A DNA stretch of 62,923 bases, counting the filler, from Reticulomyxa filosa (taxonomy: Eukaryota; Protista; Foraminifera): assembly GCA_000512085.1 (NCBI GenBank). It is 22 parts of 22 records of this genome, joined end to end, with 100 filler letters (N's around TTAATTAATTAA, not from the genome) between each part and the next. Parts side by side here need not be neighbours in the genome. Positions count along the whole stretch, not along the records: positions 1 to 5,564 come from ASPP01003813.1; positions 5,665 to 10,699 come from ASPP01019199.1; positions 10,800 to 12,655 come from ASPP01005519.1; 19 more parts are not named here. One strand, written 5' to 3'. Positions 1 to 12,622 of the stretch are shown in pieces. Both the position numbers and the translations under genes were made by a program. The notes beneath the pieces were generated by a model. It was not told the DNA's origin, searched no databases, and saw only the letters and a list, made by a program, of their open reading frames with translations. Positions within the stretch are counted from its first letter, which is position 1; the number at the start of each line of letters is the position of its first letter.

Positions 1-180
1 GTTTCTTTTTTTTTTTAACCCTAAAAAAACAACATTCTCGTTTTATGACGTTTGTGACTCTAATTCATTTTGAAATAAAAAAAACTGTCACCAGTTTTCA
101 TCATCAACAATCCTGGAAACATGGTGACAACACCTACAAAAAAAACGATTTTTTTTTTTTTTTTTACGAAAAATGGAAAT

Positions 181-1403
181 TTATTGGCCAGTTTCGTCTT
201 TTTTCATATCTTGGTGAGCCTCAGCATCGTGAGCATTCCATTGTTGTTTAAGTTTAGCCAAATCCATAAGACGTTGATCTCGCCATCGACAACGTTCAGG
301 CAATTTGTCGACGGAAGAAGAATGAGCGACCATGTCTTGATGAATGACATTCCAAGTGTCGGAATTCCAAGTCAAATTGTTATCGATTTGGCGCATGACC
401 GGCTGAATGCAAGCAGAGACATAGCGTTGGCAATAATCATCCACACCTTTGGGAGCATTTAAATGAATAGTTTCAAAAGGTCCCATGAAGGACCAGCGAA
501 GGCCAAGTCCATCTTTAACTGCTTTATCAATGTCACTCGGCGAAGCAATGCCTTGTTCGACCAATTGATAAGCAGCATGCAAGAGACCATATTGTAAGCG
601 ATTGACAACAAATCCATCGATTTCTTTTTTCATTTCCAAAGGCGACATTCCAATCTGCAACATGATGGCCTTGGTCTTTTCCATCACTGCAGGTTTCGTC
701 TGCGGAGAAGGGACCAACTCAACAACAGGGATCGCCGCAGGCGGGTTCACTGGATGGGACACTAAAAAAATAATGTTTATTCGATTGCAGCAGAGCTTCG
801 ATGGAACAATGGTGGAAGCAGAACTCGATATAATGCATTCCATTGCTGTTTTGTCGCCATATCTCCTTTCTTTGTCTGCGATAACTCGTACAATAGCTTG
901 TCCACTTCTTCAAACACATTTTGCTTCAATGTTACATTCTCTGGAACTCCTTCTTGCACAAATATTGCATTGCACAGTGCGTCTTTCAGGTTTGTGCTTA
1001 CTGATATTCGATCCAACAAGTCTTTCGTCGACCCGTTCTTACCCAACATATTGTACTGCTCCAGTAATCGCAGCTTGCTTTCTTTTATATCTTTCATTGC
1101 CTCTTCCAACTTTTTTTAAAAAAAAAAAAAAAATTTTTTCACATTATTGCAAAGAGTTGTTATCAAATATTAGCTCTTTTTTTTTGTTTTTTTTGTTTAG
1201 GTGCGTTTTTTTTTTTTGTTTGCTCACGTTACTTGCTCGTTTTTTTTTATGTCATACAGCACTACGTCGAAACCTCCACGAGCAAATAACACTGCCCAGT
1301 TTCGCCCGATTACACCACTTCCTATGAGCACAACTTTCCCAGTTAATGGAACATCTCCTGCTTTTGGCTTTGAAGTGCTTGTATCCTTATCGTGTTTCGA
1401 CAT
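181..1403 (-). CDS. CRYL1: Lambda-crystallin homolog / L-gulonate 3-dehydrogenase (3-hydroxyacyl-CoA dehydrogenase family); intron 1110-1232, apparent frameshift near 860-890
   Basis: Rossmann motif [21 protein letters not shown]; [13 protein letters not shown]; SSSAST...[15 protein letters not shown]; [14 protein letters not shown]; [22 protein letters not shown] at 1403; GT..AG intron. Confidence 0.85.
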
Positions 1404-4148
1404 TATTGTCAAATCGCTATGCAAGATTTTTTTGTCTCACAAAGAAAAAAACCACAATGCTTCGCAAAAAGGTGGTCAAGCCGTTTCGAAGATTTATTTC
1501 AAATTATGTATCTTGATGTAATGAAAATTAAACAAAATATAGTGTAACATTTAATGTCAGTATTTGTTTTTGCTTTCCTTTTTTTTTGTAAAAGAATTTC
1601 ATTGCTTCTTTTAGTAAGTGGTTAGTATCATCCTTTTCAGATTGGCTTTCATTTTGCTGTTCAGGAAATATAGACGGATTTCTTCCTTTTCAGTTGTGCT
1701 ATGTGTTGATTTGTTCGACGGACTGAAAAAGGACGTTTTTGTCAAAAATTTTTTAAGAGTATTACTTACTACCAAAAGTAATAAACGCAAAATAATGGTG
1801 GTATTACTGTCAATCTGTGAACTAATATCTACCGATTTTGTGCGATATTTGACATAACAAGTCACTTGTTGGACCACCTAACAATCTAAACGAGGGTGTC
1901 ACACCAAACTGATATGTGCAAATTTGTATATTGATATTTGTGGGTTACTTGGTGATTTGTAAATAATTTTCTAATATTACATGAAGTATTTGATGGACTT
2001 GAATTTGAAAGTTGCATAATGATAAATCTAAAATTTATTAGTTTTTAAAAGTGTAAATAAACACAAATTGTTAAATTATTTTTCCTATTTTGGAAAAACC
2101 AAATATTAGTTATTTGAATACGAAAGGAACTTTGTTCCAAGAACAAATTCAGTAAAACGAAATAAATTAAATGAAAATAACTGAAAGACAAAGAATAAAA
2201 CGAAAACAATAAAGTAGAAAGTGTTGTTATAGTTTAACATAATGTTTATTACAATCTTATTTGATAGTTACAATATAAATATACTACAAGTTCAAGAATT
2301 AAAAATTAAGAACATAACTAGTTTTACCTTGTTTTTAATTTTTCACGAGTAAATTGTAAATGTTTGTATTTATTCATTTTATGATAACATTTTTTAGTTA
2401 TGTTTATTTCACAGTATATATCAGAGATTAACTTAAAAAAAATTGAATAAGAACAAAAAGAATGATAAAAAATGTGACCATGTGATAGAAAAAATAGAAA
2501 TTGCAAAATGATATATAAAGTAGACTCAAATATGCATATTTTCATGAACAACAATTATACGTATATACTATCTTCATGTTGCAATTGTTTCTTATGCACG
2601 TACCCTTCAGAAGAAAATGATTTTACCGACAACAATGTGAAACAGCGGACATTGGAGATTGTACTATACAACAAAATTACTTGTTACTGGATAAAATCCA
2701 CTGCTGGTTTCTTAAAATTTACTAAATAATTCCTTCGTTGTATTTGTTGTTAATAATTGCTTGATTGCTACTATTTAAAGATTTATAATATAATTTACAT
2801 ACATGCAGTGACAAAAATGGAACATCATATACATTATTTTCTATTTGAAAAATCAACATTGTAAAAGCATGTACTCTTCCTGCAATTTCTTCCTATATTT
2901 TCAAAAAGATTGTATAAGTGATTGTTTGAAAAATTCAAAAAAAATTTTATAAAATAATAAGCTTGATGCATAAAATTTAAATATATACATGTGAGCAATG
3001 AAATTACTGAAGTTAGTACTACATCAGTGAATACGCCTTTACAATTTTGTTTGACTCACGTGCTTGTCGTACACTGTAGTGCTAGCAGTAATAATTAATC
3101 TCCGACTTATTACATATATCTCATTTACTTTGATCAACTTTTAAAATAATACACATACTATTTGACAATGAATACTATATAATTTTTGATTAAACAGTCA
3201 CAAAGACAACAAATATTTTCTTCTATTCAAATATCCTGCCATTATTCCACTTTTCTAATTATAACATTTTTTATTCCATCAAATTGTTTCTGCGTGCTGA
3301 AACAAACAACATGCTCTTGTAATAACACCAAAACACAAATAAAAGAGAAATTCCATACTTTGGACACTGAATTTTTGCGAGACTTGCATAAATTTGGACA
3401 GAGCATTTCGCACACCAAAATAATAATATTCCATATACAGAAGAGCCCCAGCAACGCATTCAAATACTGATAAAGCCATTCGTATTTCTTGTCCATCCAT
3501 TTGTGCGTTAACGCTAAATAAAAAAGCGATGGATATATTCAATCCAATCCCAATGCAAATTGAATTAGTTACAAAGTAAAACATATTAATTGAATAACAA
3601 GCACGAGCCTCAATGAAATTATTAAAGGAAACTCAAACTTGGCCACTCGCCGTGGTTTCCTTTTTAGAATGAGAGTTCATAATTTACTTTTAATTCAAAT
3701 AAGATTTAAAGTACTTTTTCTTTTGAAAATATAACGTTTTAGATTTCCATCTTTGAAGTATATTTCTAGTCTGTAATCTGCTACAATCTTTGTTGTTTTC
3801 ATCTGTTCATTTATTCTGACAAATTTTTGTTTTACAAAATTAAATATACTGCAGAATCCTTTAGCCTTTGGACAAAATGAGAAATGGAAAATGAATATTA
3901 AACTCAAAAAAAAATGCTTGAAGAATGGAAATCACTTCATCTGTTGCTTAGAGTTACTCCATATTTTCGATAAGTTGGAGCTTTTTTCGTCCTCTTTTTT
4001 AGTATTTTTGTACTATATTTATCCACAAATTTTAGCGTTTTTCACACCTCTTGAAGAGCAACTTTGCACAGTCGACAACGAATAAAAAAAACAATAATTA
4101 TGTGCAAATTGTAATGAATTGCCTGTTCAAAGTGATTTCAAAATGATC

Positions 4149-5564
4149 TTATGTCTTGTCTCCAATCAATTTCGCGACATCATTCAACAGACCGGATGTT
4201 ACGGATTGGTCTTTTTCTTTCCATTTAGCAGCTTTCGATTTTATTTCAGCATTATCTTTGATGAGTTCATCATCACAATACAAAATGAGTCCAATCAAGG
4301 CTAAGAGACGATATCCTGCATATTACACCACATCAACATATACAATACACATAGGTCATATTAACATCAAACAACTCATATGTTTTTTTTTTCGAATGAT
4401 TATTTTATGGATTAGCTTTCAACGAGAAGATGCAACAATCACAAATTTTTAATAAAAAAAAGTAACTGGTCGGGGTATGTGTTTCAGTGTCTAATCTACG
4501 CGCAGCAGCAACAACAATCTTGCTCAATTGTTTGTGTTCATTGGTGTCATTGGCCTCCTTTCCATCACCAAACTTGGCATATTTCAACTGCAAAGACGCA
4601 TTGAACAAAACTCTGGACGCAGTTAATCGAACATTGCAGTTATTCAAATCCAATGCACTTATGGCCATGCCCAAGACGCTGTCACTAACACGTTGTTTTT
4701 TTTTGGCATATAAGTGGCTCACCTGTATATATGCATATACACATATATACGCACATATGATAAAAAATATGTAAATATATTCAAAAATAATATGGATTTT
4801 GATTGGGTTCTCGTCACTGTCACTCTCTCCAAAAGAAAGTATGTAAATAATTTGAGAAACTGTTCCCAGAGTGGTAAATTGCAAGAGCCCCAAACCGACA
4901 TCAGCGTCTGTCTCTTGCGTTGAGGTATCACTTTTCTTGTGTTCCTCTTGGGAACTGGTCTCTTCAGTAAAAAAAGGGATCCCACATTTGTGCAGCATTT
5001 GATCTACAACCAAAAAGTCTTTGTATCGCTCGTACATTTCATCCGTCAATACAAGCAAACGGAGCAAGCTCATCAATCCAAACGCATTATCTGCCTCTGC
5101 GATCAACAACAGCTCATCCAATGTAGCCAACGCATCACTATTCAGCCGAGTGTCTTTGGCCGGATTCTTGGTCTTTTGTTCAATGTACGAAACGATTTCA
5201 TTTAAATGTTGGCTTTGAAATTCATTCACCTCGCACTGTTTTGTAAAATGTTAAGTATTTCTTTGTTTCTTTGCATATATGTCACCCAACTGTTCTTTTA
5301 GTGAGTTGTTTGTTTGTTTTTTTTTTGCAAAGAAGAGATTTATTTATTTGTCTATAGCGACCACCAAACCTGTTTGGTAACAATTCTTGCATACATGTTG
5401 GCATTAGCCGTATCAATCGTCAACTTGGCTTCGAACAGCTCCTTATCCAATGCGCTTAGCTCGAGCTGTTGATGTGGATGTTGCTTTTTCGATATCACCT
5501 TGTCCAATAAATCCGCAATGCTGTCTGATTCCTCACTTTTTTCATCAGCATTGGTTGTTGTTGT
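4149..5564 (-). CDS. PUL-domain (armadillo-like) protein, multi-exon, 5' truncated by contig end
   Basis: AFGLMSLLRLLVL, NCNVRLTASRVLFNASL and a last exon YRLLALIGLILY...KLIGDKT* (stop 4149-4151) resemble PUL-domain motifs of PLAA/Doa1 and PPPDE-PUL proteins. Confidence 0.6.
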
Positions 5565-5664
5565 NNNNNNNNNNNNNNNNNNNNNNNNNNNNNNNNNNNN
5601 NNNNNNNNTTAATTAATTAANNNNNNNNNNNNNNNNNNNNNNNNNNNNNNNNNNNNNNNNNNNN
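5565..5664. other. Artificial contig-joining spacer (first of 21)
   Basis: N44-TTAATTAATTAA-N44, with stops in all six frames. Identical 100-bp spacers start at 5565, 10700, 12656, 14310, 15433, 16728, 17958, 19612, 21008, 24145, 27762, 29280, 31877, 41076, 46532, 51509, 54330, 56389, 57677, 59621 and 60721. Confidence 0.99.
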
Positions 5665-5846
5665 ATGGCATCGTTTTTAATGATATAATATAATTCATTT
5701 AGTATGTCTTGAATTTCAATATAAACTCTTTAAAAAAACTTTCTTCATTGTTAAAAACAGTTTTCTTTTGACAGTCAAGACAGTCCAAAAAAACTAGTTT
5801 TTGTGAAAGTAACTTGTTGATTTTATTTTAACTCTAAAAAGAAGTT

Positions 5847-5995
5847 ATGGACGTAAATGATACACAATAGTTTGTTGTTGACAATGTCAGTATTATGTTG
5901 AAAGCTAGTTTCAGTAATGATGCTCAACTAGCAATATTTACTAGCATTATCGGAAGACCAAAACACGAAGGTGTGATAGTCGGAATGACACAAGC
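5847..5995 (+). pseudogene. Actin N-terminal fragment, degenerate
   Basis: Translates [48 protein letters not shown], matching actin [41 protein letters not shown], with an in-frame stop. Confidence 0.8.
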
Positions 5996-5996
5996 T

Positions 5997-6620
5997 CAAA
6001 TATCCCATAAACGAACACTTCCATCACATGATCCAGATAATATTATATTTAATAATTAATTAGATCCATATTTTACACTAATCACAAAATCTTTATGTCA
6101 TTCGAATACATTTAATTGTTTGGCTGTTTGAATATACCATATTCGAATGGTATTACCCCATGATCCAGAATAAATTGTATATCTATTTCCACATATCATA
6201 CAAATACTTTTACTTTTATTATTGCTTTGTAATCTTGAAATGTCAACACAATAAAATCTACTTAAATGTTTATCAAAAACATGTAATTATTTTGATGTTT
6301 CAGCATCATATAAATGAATTGTTCTGTCAGCATATACAGAACACAAATATCTATAACAACTAAATGGTGAAAATTCAATTCCATGAACATCTTGTGTGTT
6401 TATATAATAATTGTAATATCTCATTATGTTTGAAATCCCAAAACTGAATTGTTCTATCACTTGATGAAAAACAAATGACATTTTGACGATATTTATGATA
6501 ATCATATGATGAAAATCTTACACAATACAAATTAAATAATTGTTTAGATAATGATTGAATGTATCTTTTCTTATTAACGTCACATAAACAAACCATTCTG
6601 TCACTTGATCCAATCAATAT
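5997..6620 (-). pseudogene. WD40-repeat gene fragment with frameshifts
   Basis: SSDRMVCLCD, YCVRFSSY...ICFSSSDRTIQFWDFK, GIEFSPFSCYRYLCSVYADRTIHLYDAETSK and [15 protein letters not shown], spread over several frames. Confidence 0.75.
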
Positions 6621-6950
6621 TGACAAAGCCGTCCGAGTCGACAACGATCACTTCGTCCAACATAGGCTGGTCATCGGAGCTATCCAAGACGATGCTCAGC
6701 GAAGTGTTGGACACCCCTTATGCCTTCAAGAGGAGATTACCCACTACATCGGTCACGTTCTTGTTCAAAATGCCTGCGTCGTTGCCTTCCGTGTTGAGCT
6801 TTTTCGTGCTAAAACTTTGTGCCAAGTGCAAGGACAATACAACTGGCGAAAGCACTTTCGACTGAAATTCGGAAAGGCTCATTTTGCTGGTGGTGGTCGT
6901 TATCACTGGCGGCGTGGGTGCACTTTACTCGTGCTTTTTCGCGTGCTTTC
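6621..6950 (-). pseudogene. GC-richer coding-like fragment of an unidentified gene, with an in-frame stop
   Basis: Abrupt GC rise. Minus frame reads ..SKMSLSEFQSKVLSPVVLSLHLAQ...GNLLLKA*GVSNTSLSIVLDSSDDQPMLDEVIVVDSDGFVNID. Family not recognised. Confidence 0.3.
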
Positions 6951-8963
6951 GATAGTTTTGCACAAACACAAAAAAATCCAAGTTTTCCTGTCAACAGATA
7001 CTAGCTAAAAATTTACGGAATAGCAATACCATCTTTCTGTCGATAAGCATCTGGCCAATGCCACGTTGTTTTGTTTGTATGTTTCTGCTTTGGCACGCCC
7101 CATAACATGCTAATCTCAAAAAAAAAATGTTTGATGAAAAAAGTTTGAAATGAGAATGTGTTGAGCATATTTTTTTTGTTGTTGTTGAAAAAAAATTAAA
7201 CGTCAATTTGTTTGTAGTAAATAAACGGGATATAAAATGTGACAATAGTGCATGAAGCGTTCAGTCTAATCAAATGAATATGAGCGAACGTGGAGTTTCC
7301 AATAACAAAACAATGAGATGATTTAGTGACAAATTGGACGACTTGTTGTGGAAAGACGGGTACAAGGAGACAAGTAGAACAAGAGGATTTATCCATGTTG
7401 TATATCACACAGGTGTCGGTATTATGAAAAAATGCAATAGTAATCCTGATTGAACTAACGCAGAATTCAAAAGAGCTGGTGAACAATTCACAAAAACCAT
7501 ACAAGTCCTACAAAAGAGTTGCGAATTTGCTTTTGAGTAATTGGCTCCACTTTCTCCAAAAAAACTGACTTGAGATTAAATTTTAAAAATTTGTTTCAAA
7601 TCACTAGTCCTACTTTCAATAACTAAAACTTACATTTTTTAAAGTGGATAAAACTATCAGTAGCACTTCTTCCTACATGATTGTTTCTGAAATTCAAATA
7701 TTTATTAAATAATGCTATGACCATTCTTGGCATTTCCACGCAACCCTTTGTTAAATTTATTATATGAGCCAAAAAATTATTAAACAAAAAAGATGTGAAA
7801 AAATGTTTTGCTTTCCTTTTTGTTCATTTTTTGTTTTTACCAGTTCAATAATAATTCTAAATTTCAAGTTGTTCAAAAGCAAGTTTGCACTGGCCTTAAC
7901 AACAAAAAAAAACTCTTTTTAATTAAAATCTCTTGAGTCCTTCGTTCTAATAGATTTTGGTAAACAAAAAATATTCGCTTTTTAGACACAGATACTTTTA
8001 AAGAATTGCGGTATTAAAGGCAAATTCCATTTAAAAACACTGGAATTGAAAACAATCAACTGAAAAAAAATTTTTAAATGTTGATTTTTCATAAATAAAT
8101 GCAAATATGTTGTGTTCATTTTAGGGGATTTTTTTGTGATATTATTTTTTTAATTTATTAAAATTTTGCAGTTTAACTTAGAAAAAGTACACATGTAGGA
8201 TAAAAGTACTAACACACAAAATAGTAACTTATGAAAATTATTGACTTCTATTTGAAAAATTAATATTTTTTCAATTTTTTAATTTAAAAATAATATCTAC
8301 AAATCTCAATTGTTTTGAAACGCTTCATTTTTTCCTACAATTTTATGTAATTATAAACATTTTAATTCTTTTTTTACAATGTTATATCCAAAATACAACG
8401 AAAATTCCAAGTTTTTTTAAGCAAAGGTTGTGCGTCAGTCTTACTGTTGTAATATATTCTAACATAAAGTATATTAATCTACTGTGTAAAATGAGTTATA
8501 TGTTAATTTGGCAGGTTTATTGTTCTCAATTCATGCTTCAAATGACAAAGCATTAATTTTGTCGCAGCTTTCAATTTTTACAATAAATTGCATTCATGTT
8601 CATCAACATTACTGCAGTGCTCGCAGTTCGTTGTTATTTTCTGTTTGAAAAGTTAACCAAAAATGATCAGAAATACCCCTTAATTCACATATAGCATAAA
8701 TTTGCCTTGGAAGTACGAATATGCAGCTAACTAAAGACAAAGGTTGCACAGTTAATTCAAACTTTTTTAAATTATATCTCAAACGATAATATTTTGTTCA
8801 TTTATCTATAATGACTGCTGCTAACGAAGTATCCAACAATGAGGCCGATTATGGTAACTAAAAAGACAAAATACTGGCTCTGATTTTGTAAGTTCGTGTG
8901 CTTACACTTTGAAAAAAAACAGCACAGCAAATAGGAAAAAAAGAGCTGCAACAAGCACGAGAC

Positions 8964-10490
8964 ATGGCTCAGAGACAAGGTCACAGCATTAAAAGGACTG
9001 AGTTAGTGGAAAATAACCTGAGTGCTTTCATAGTATTTGTGATTCAAACTCCAAGTGGAGAGACAATAAGACGTAGGTATAGTGATTTTGAATGGTTGCA
9101 TGAATGGCTTTTGTGTCTTTATCCTGGAGCATTTATTCCGTCAATTCCATCTAAACTACCATCACTGATATGGCCCACTGGTTACTTATCTTCTCGCATG
9201 AAAGGTTAAAGTACTTCCTCCACATGATCGAAGCGATGCCTTATTTGAAAAACGAAGCCATTGTCAAGTATTTTCTGCAGTCGGAAGAAACAACAATTGC
9301 AGCGACTGACGAAAAGATGGAGTCACAAAGTACTTGGCGTTTTGCGTCTGCAAAAAAGAAATGGGACGCTTCGCACATGAGACCGTCTTTTAGTCAGCAA
9401 TACGACAATTTGCGAGAACAATTTCCTGGTATAAAAACAGAAAAAAGGGATAGGATATGCATATTTCACGTATACATCTCTTTGCAAGCTTTTTTTTTTT
9501 TTGCAATAAATAATTTTCAAAGATGTTGCTGCAGCAACGGTACCATTAGATATTTCCCTTCAGTATAGTATGTCAAAGCGTGCCGTCAAAGCCATCATAC
9601 AACATTTGGAAGAAGTTGAAAAGGTTGAATGCTACAAAGCGGCTTTGTTGGGTATTTTTTTGTTGGATTTGTTTTGTTATATGTATTTATTTTTTTATTA
9701 AGGGCACTGTTACGTATAATTATTTTTTTTTTTGGGGGGGGGGGTCCGCCAAAAAAAGACATGTGATAGATTCGTTCGTGCGAGTGGAGGTTTTACAATG
9801 ACAATGACCAGAATAACACGAAAATGGACGGCGATGTGCTACTATGAAAAACATGGAGTGCCAAGTGAAACATTAGAGTCAGGTAATGGCTATTGCACTG
9901 AAGTACGACTGCCAGTGGACAAGTTTCTGGAGGCATGGACCAAAAGCCGCCACGACGAATATGCGATTGTACGTGGATATGTGCTACCGACCCTAAGGAA
10001 ATGTTTATCTGATATGAAAGTGATTGGCCGTCTTATTGAGTTTCGAGAAGCCTTGCTGAGAAAACATGCAGCTGCTCAACAAAGTGTTGCAAAGTGGAAT
10101 AGTGATGACTCCAAACGCCAATTTCGTCCCTCTCAACTTGAAGCCAAAAATAGAGTTACATTTTATTTTATTGAATCAATATTTACCTTCAAGAAACAAA
10201 TCAATGCATATATGTATAATTTGTTTCTGTGGATATAAGGATATTTCCAAAGAAAAGGATCTCCAGAATTTGTCTGAGATGGTGTCCAAACTGGTTTTGG
10301 ACCAATTCAGTGTTGTTTGGGAAGCAAACACTCGTCGAATTATAGGTACAATTGGACAAGTCACTCCTATATACGTATTGGTTTTGAAACAGGTTAATTG
10401 TTAATTATGTCTCCTTGTATTTATGTTGTTTTTTTTTTTCTACGTACGCTTTGTACTCTCTCTCTCTCTACAAAAAAAAAAACAATAAAC

Positions 10491-10524
<34 letters not shown>

Positions 10525-10699
10525 TACACACAAACACAAAGGTTTTTGTCTTCTTGGCAAGAACTTGTCCCATTAGCAAGTGGTAACCGTGTGATTGACA
10601 TTGGCAGTCGATCAAAAAGTTCATGCACTGAAACACAGAGTACGCAAGAAAGTGCTCTCGCGGAAAGCCTTAAGAGCAATGAAAGTGAAGAGCAGACAA
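8964..10699 (+). CDS. Sorting nexin (PX domain plus BAR-like helical region), multi-exon, 3' truncated; 1-bp frameshift at ~9206
   Basis: PX signature IRRRYSDFEWLHEWL...PGAFIPSIPSK...RMKG(L)KYFL...PYLKNEAIVKYFL, followed by helical exons separated by GT-AG introns. Start codon uncertain. Confidence 0.75.
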
Positions 10700-12469
10700 N
10701 NNNNNNNNNNNNNNNNNNNNNNNNNNNNNNNNNNNNNNNNNNNTTAATTAATTAANNNNNNNNNNNNNNNNNNNNNNNNNNNNNNNNNNNNNNNNNNNNA
10801 AAAGTCATATTTTTCATCAACCTAGGAAAAACTTATCATAAAACCAATTTCATATTTAAAAACTACAAGATTAGTAGATATTTAAAAAAAAAAATTAAGT
10901 TTAAATCTTTATTTTTCATGGAGAAAATCGATTCTCTTCATATAGTGCCATTCAGGTATTGCAGTTTTTTTTGCAATCTACTGTAAGAAATGTAATATCT
11001 ATCTTCGAACAATGCTGAAATTGCTTGCTCAATCTTCCAATAATACTCGCAATACTCGTAAACCAAATGCATACATACTGGCACAAAGATGATCTGTTTC
11101 TATTCGGGAAATCATTTTTTAGTTTCAATTTTGCTATTATCCAAAAATTCAATACAAATTTCCACACAATTGAATATCTTTGTTCGATGATATCCTATTT
11201 TAATTACACAATTTCTTTGGTGATATGATATGACATCAATGTGGCAGTTGCTGTTTGCGATACCTTTTAGTCAGTCATTTCCGAAGATTTGCTTCTTATC
11301 AAGGTCGTAAGTGATAAATCTTCCAACACTCCAGGTTACACTACTAGTACTTTCAATAAGAAATTACAAGTTGCATCAATTTTTTTGCATATGTCCTCAT
11401 AAGCTTGGCTTTGTCAACAGCAGCAATCTCGTCAGTTGGAGTTGCATTTTTATCTAGTTTTAAATCTTTTTCTTACTTTCAGATAACGTTAATTGTTCAT
11501 TCTTTAATTCTGCAATTGAGCTAATGGTCGCAGATTGCAACTTTATGATTTCACGTTTTCTGACTTTTTTTCTTGTTTCAATTTTTGTCTTCTTGTTGTA
11601 CTCTTTATATTCTGTCACATCAGTTTTCTTTTTTTCTTCTAATTTCTTTTTCAATAATTTTGCTTCGGTGCTTTCCAGCTCTTGTTCTTCTTCCGCTTTA
11701 CTGTGTTCTTTTTCTGGTTTTTTTGTGTTGATTCGTATTATTGTTATTTGTATCTTCTTTCTTTTCGTCGTTGTCTTTGTTTGGTGATTTGCCCATACTT
11801 TGGCCCCACCATAAACATATATTGTATGACGCATTTGTCTAGAGTATGGTTTTCCGTATGCGTTTTTCTTCTTCTTATTGTTTTGCGCTCAACTATGCTC
11901 ATACTCAGATTTAGCTGATTGAAGACAATGTAAGAATGTCTCCTTCCGAATAGCGTTCAAAGAGTTGGAAAACGACCAGAAAATTAAGATGCTAGTTATG
12001 CAAAAGTTCCAAGCAATTTCGAAATTTAAAAAAGAGATAACATATAAAAAAACGTCACCAAGCGCAACGTCCCGTCTTTAAATTGTTTTCACATAGACCA
12101 AACATTGGCTCTGTAGGAATTCTTTTTTCCTTTTTCAACTATTTTCCAGTTTTTTAAGTCAAGACTGAACGTGTCAAACTGGAAGTTCCCAGTGAACCGG
12201 TGAATCATCCGTCAGCTTCCAAAGATACTACTGTTTAATACCCCACGCGGTAACAAAGGAAAATGTTATTGCCTTAGCAATATTTTTTCATTTTTTGAAT
12301 AATTTTTTGTTTGCTTTGCGATAAACGTTGGAATCGAGACAAAAAAAAAAATTAAATCAACACATTCTCAACAATGCAATTGCTGCTGTTTAGTCCTGTA
12401 ACAGTCCCATTTAAAGTTGATGAAATAGCTATATGTAAAAAGTATCCATGACAATAATATTGTCACAGC

Positions 12470-12590
12470 AAGTAATCGGACAAAAAGTCGGCAATTGTGG
12501 CATTAAACTCTTTGATCCATCCTATCTCGTTTACACTATGTGAACGAAACCAGTAGCGGACAACACAAGCGACTTCTTCTTCAGTGGTCT
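12470..12590 (-). pseudogene. Fragment of the short N-terminal module that precedes expanded WD40-type proteins in this lineage
   Basis: EEEVACVVRYWFRSHSVNEIGWIKEFNATIADF resembles IIQHWLRILNIKLGWIDDFDKIVIEY at 57538-57618. Confidence 0.35.
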
Positions 12591-12591
12591 T

Positions 12592-12622
<31 letters not shown>

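Noticed and set aside
9200-9212. Possible programmed ribosomal frameshifting (also ~870, 21720, 22953, 32235, 36710, 42380, 45350, 47360, 54845)
   Set aside because: Nearly all are +/-1 changes in homopolymer runs with no shared slippery motif, and the same defect occurs in the bacterial lldP (16333). This is typical pyrosequencing error.
10950-11830. Coding-like minus-strand stretch (also 1611-1877, 3242-3650, 7240-7560, 13150-13560, 28030-29000, 59130-59620)
   Set aside because: Probably decayed gene fragments, but they are riddled with stops and I could not recognise a family, so they were not annotated.
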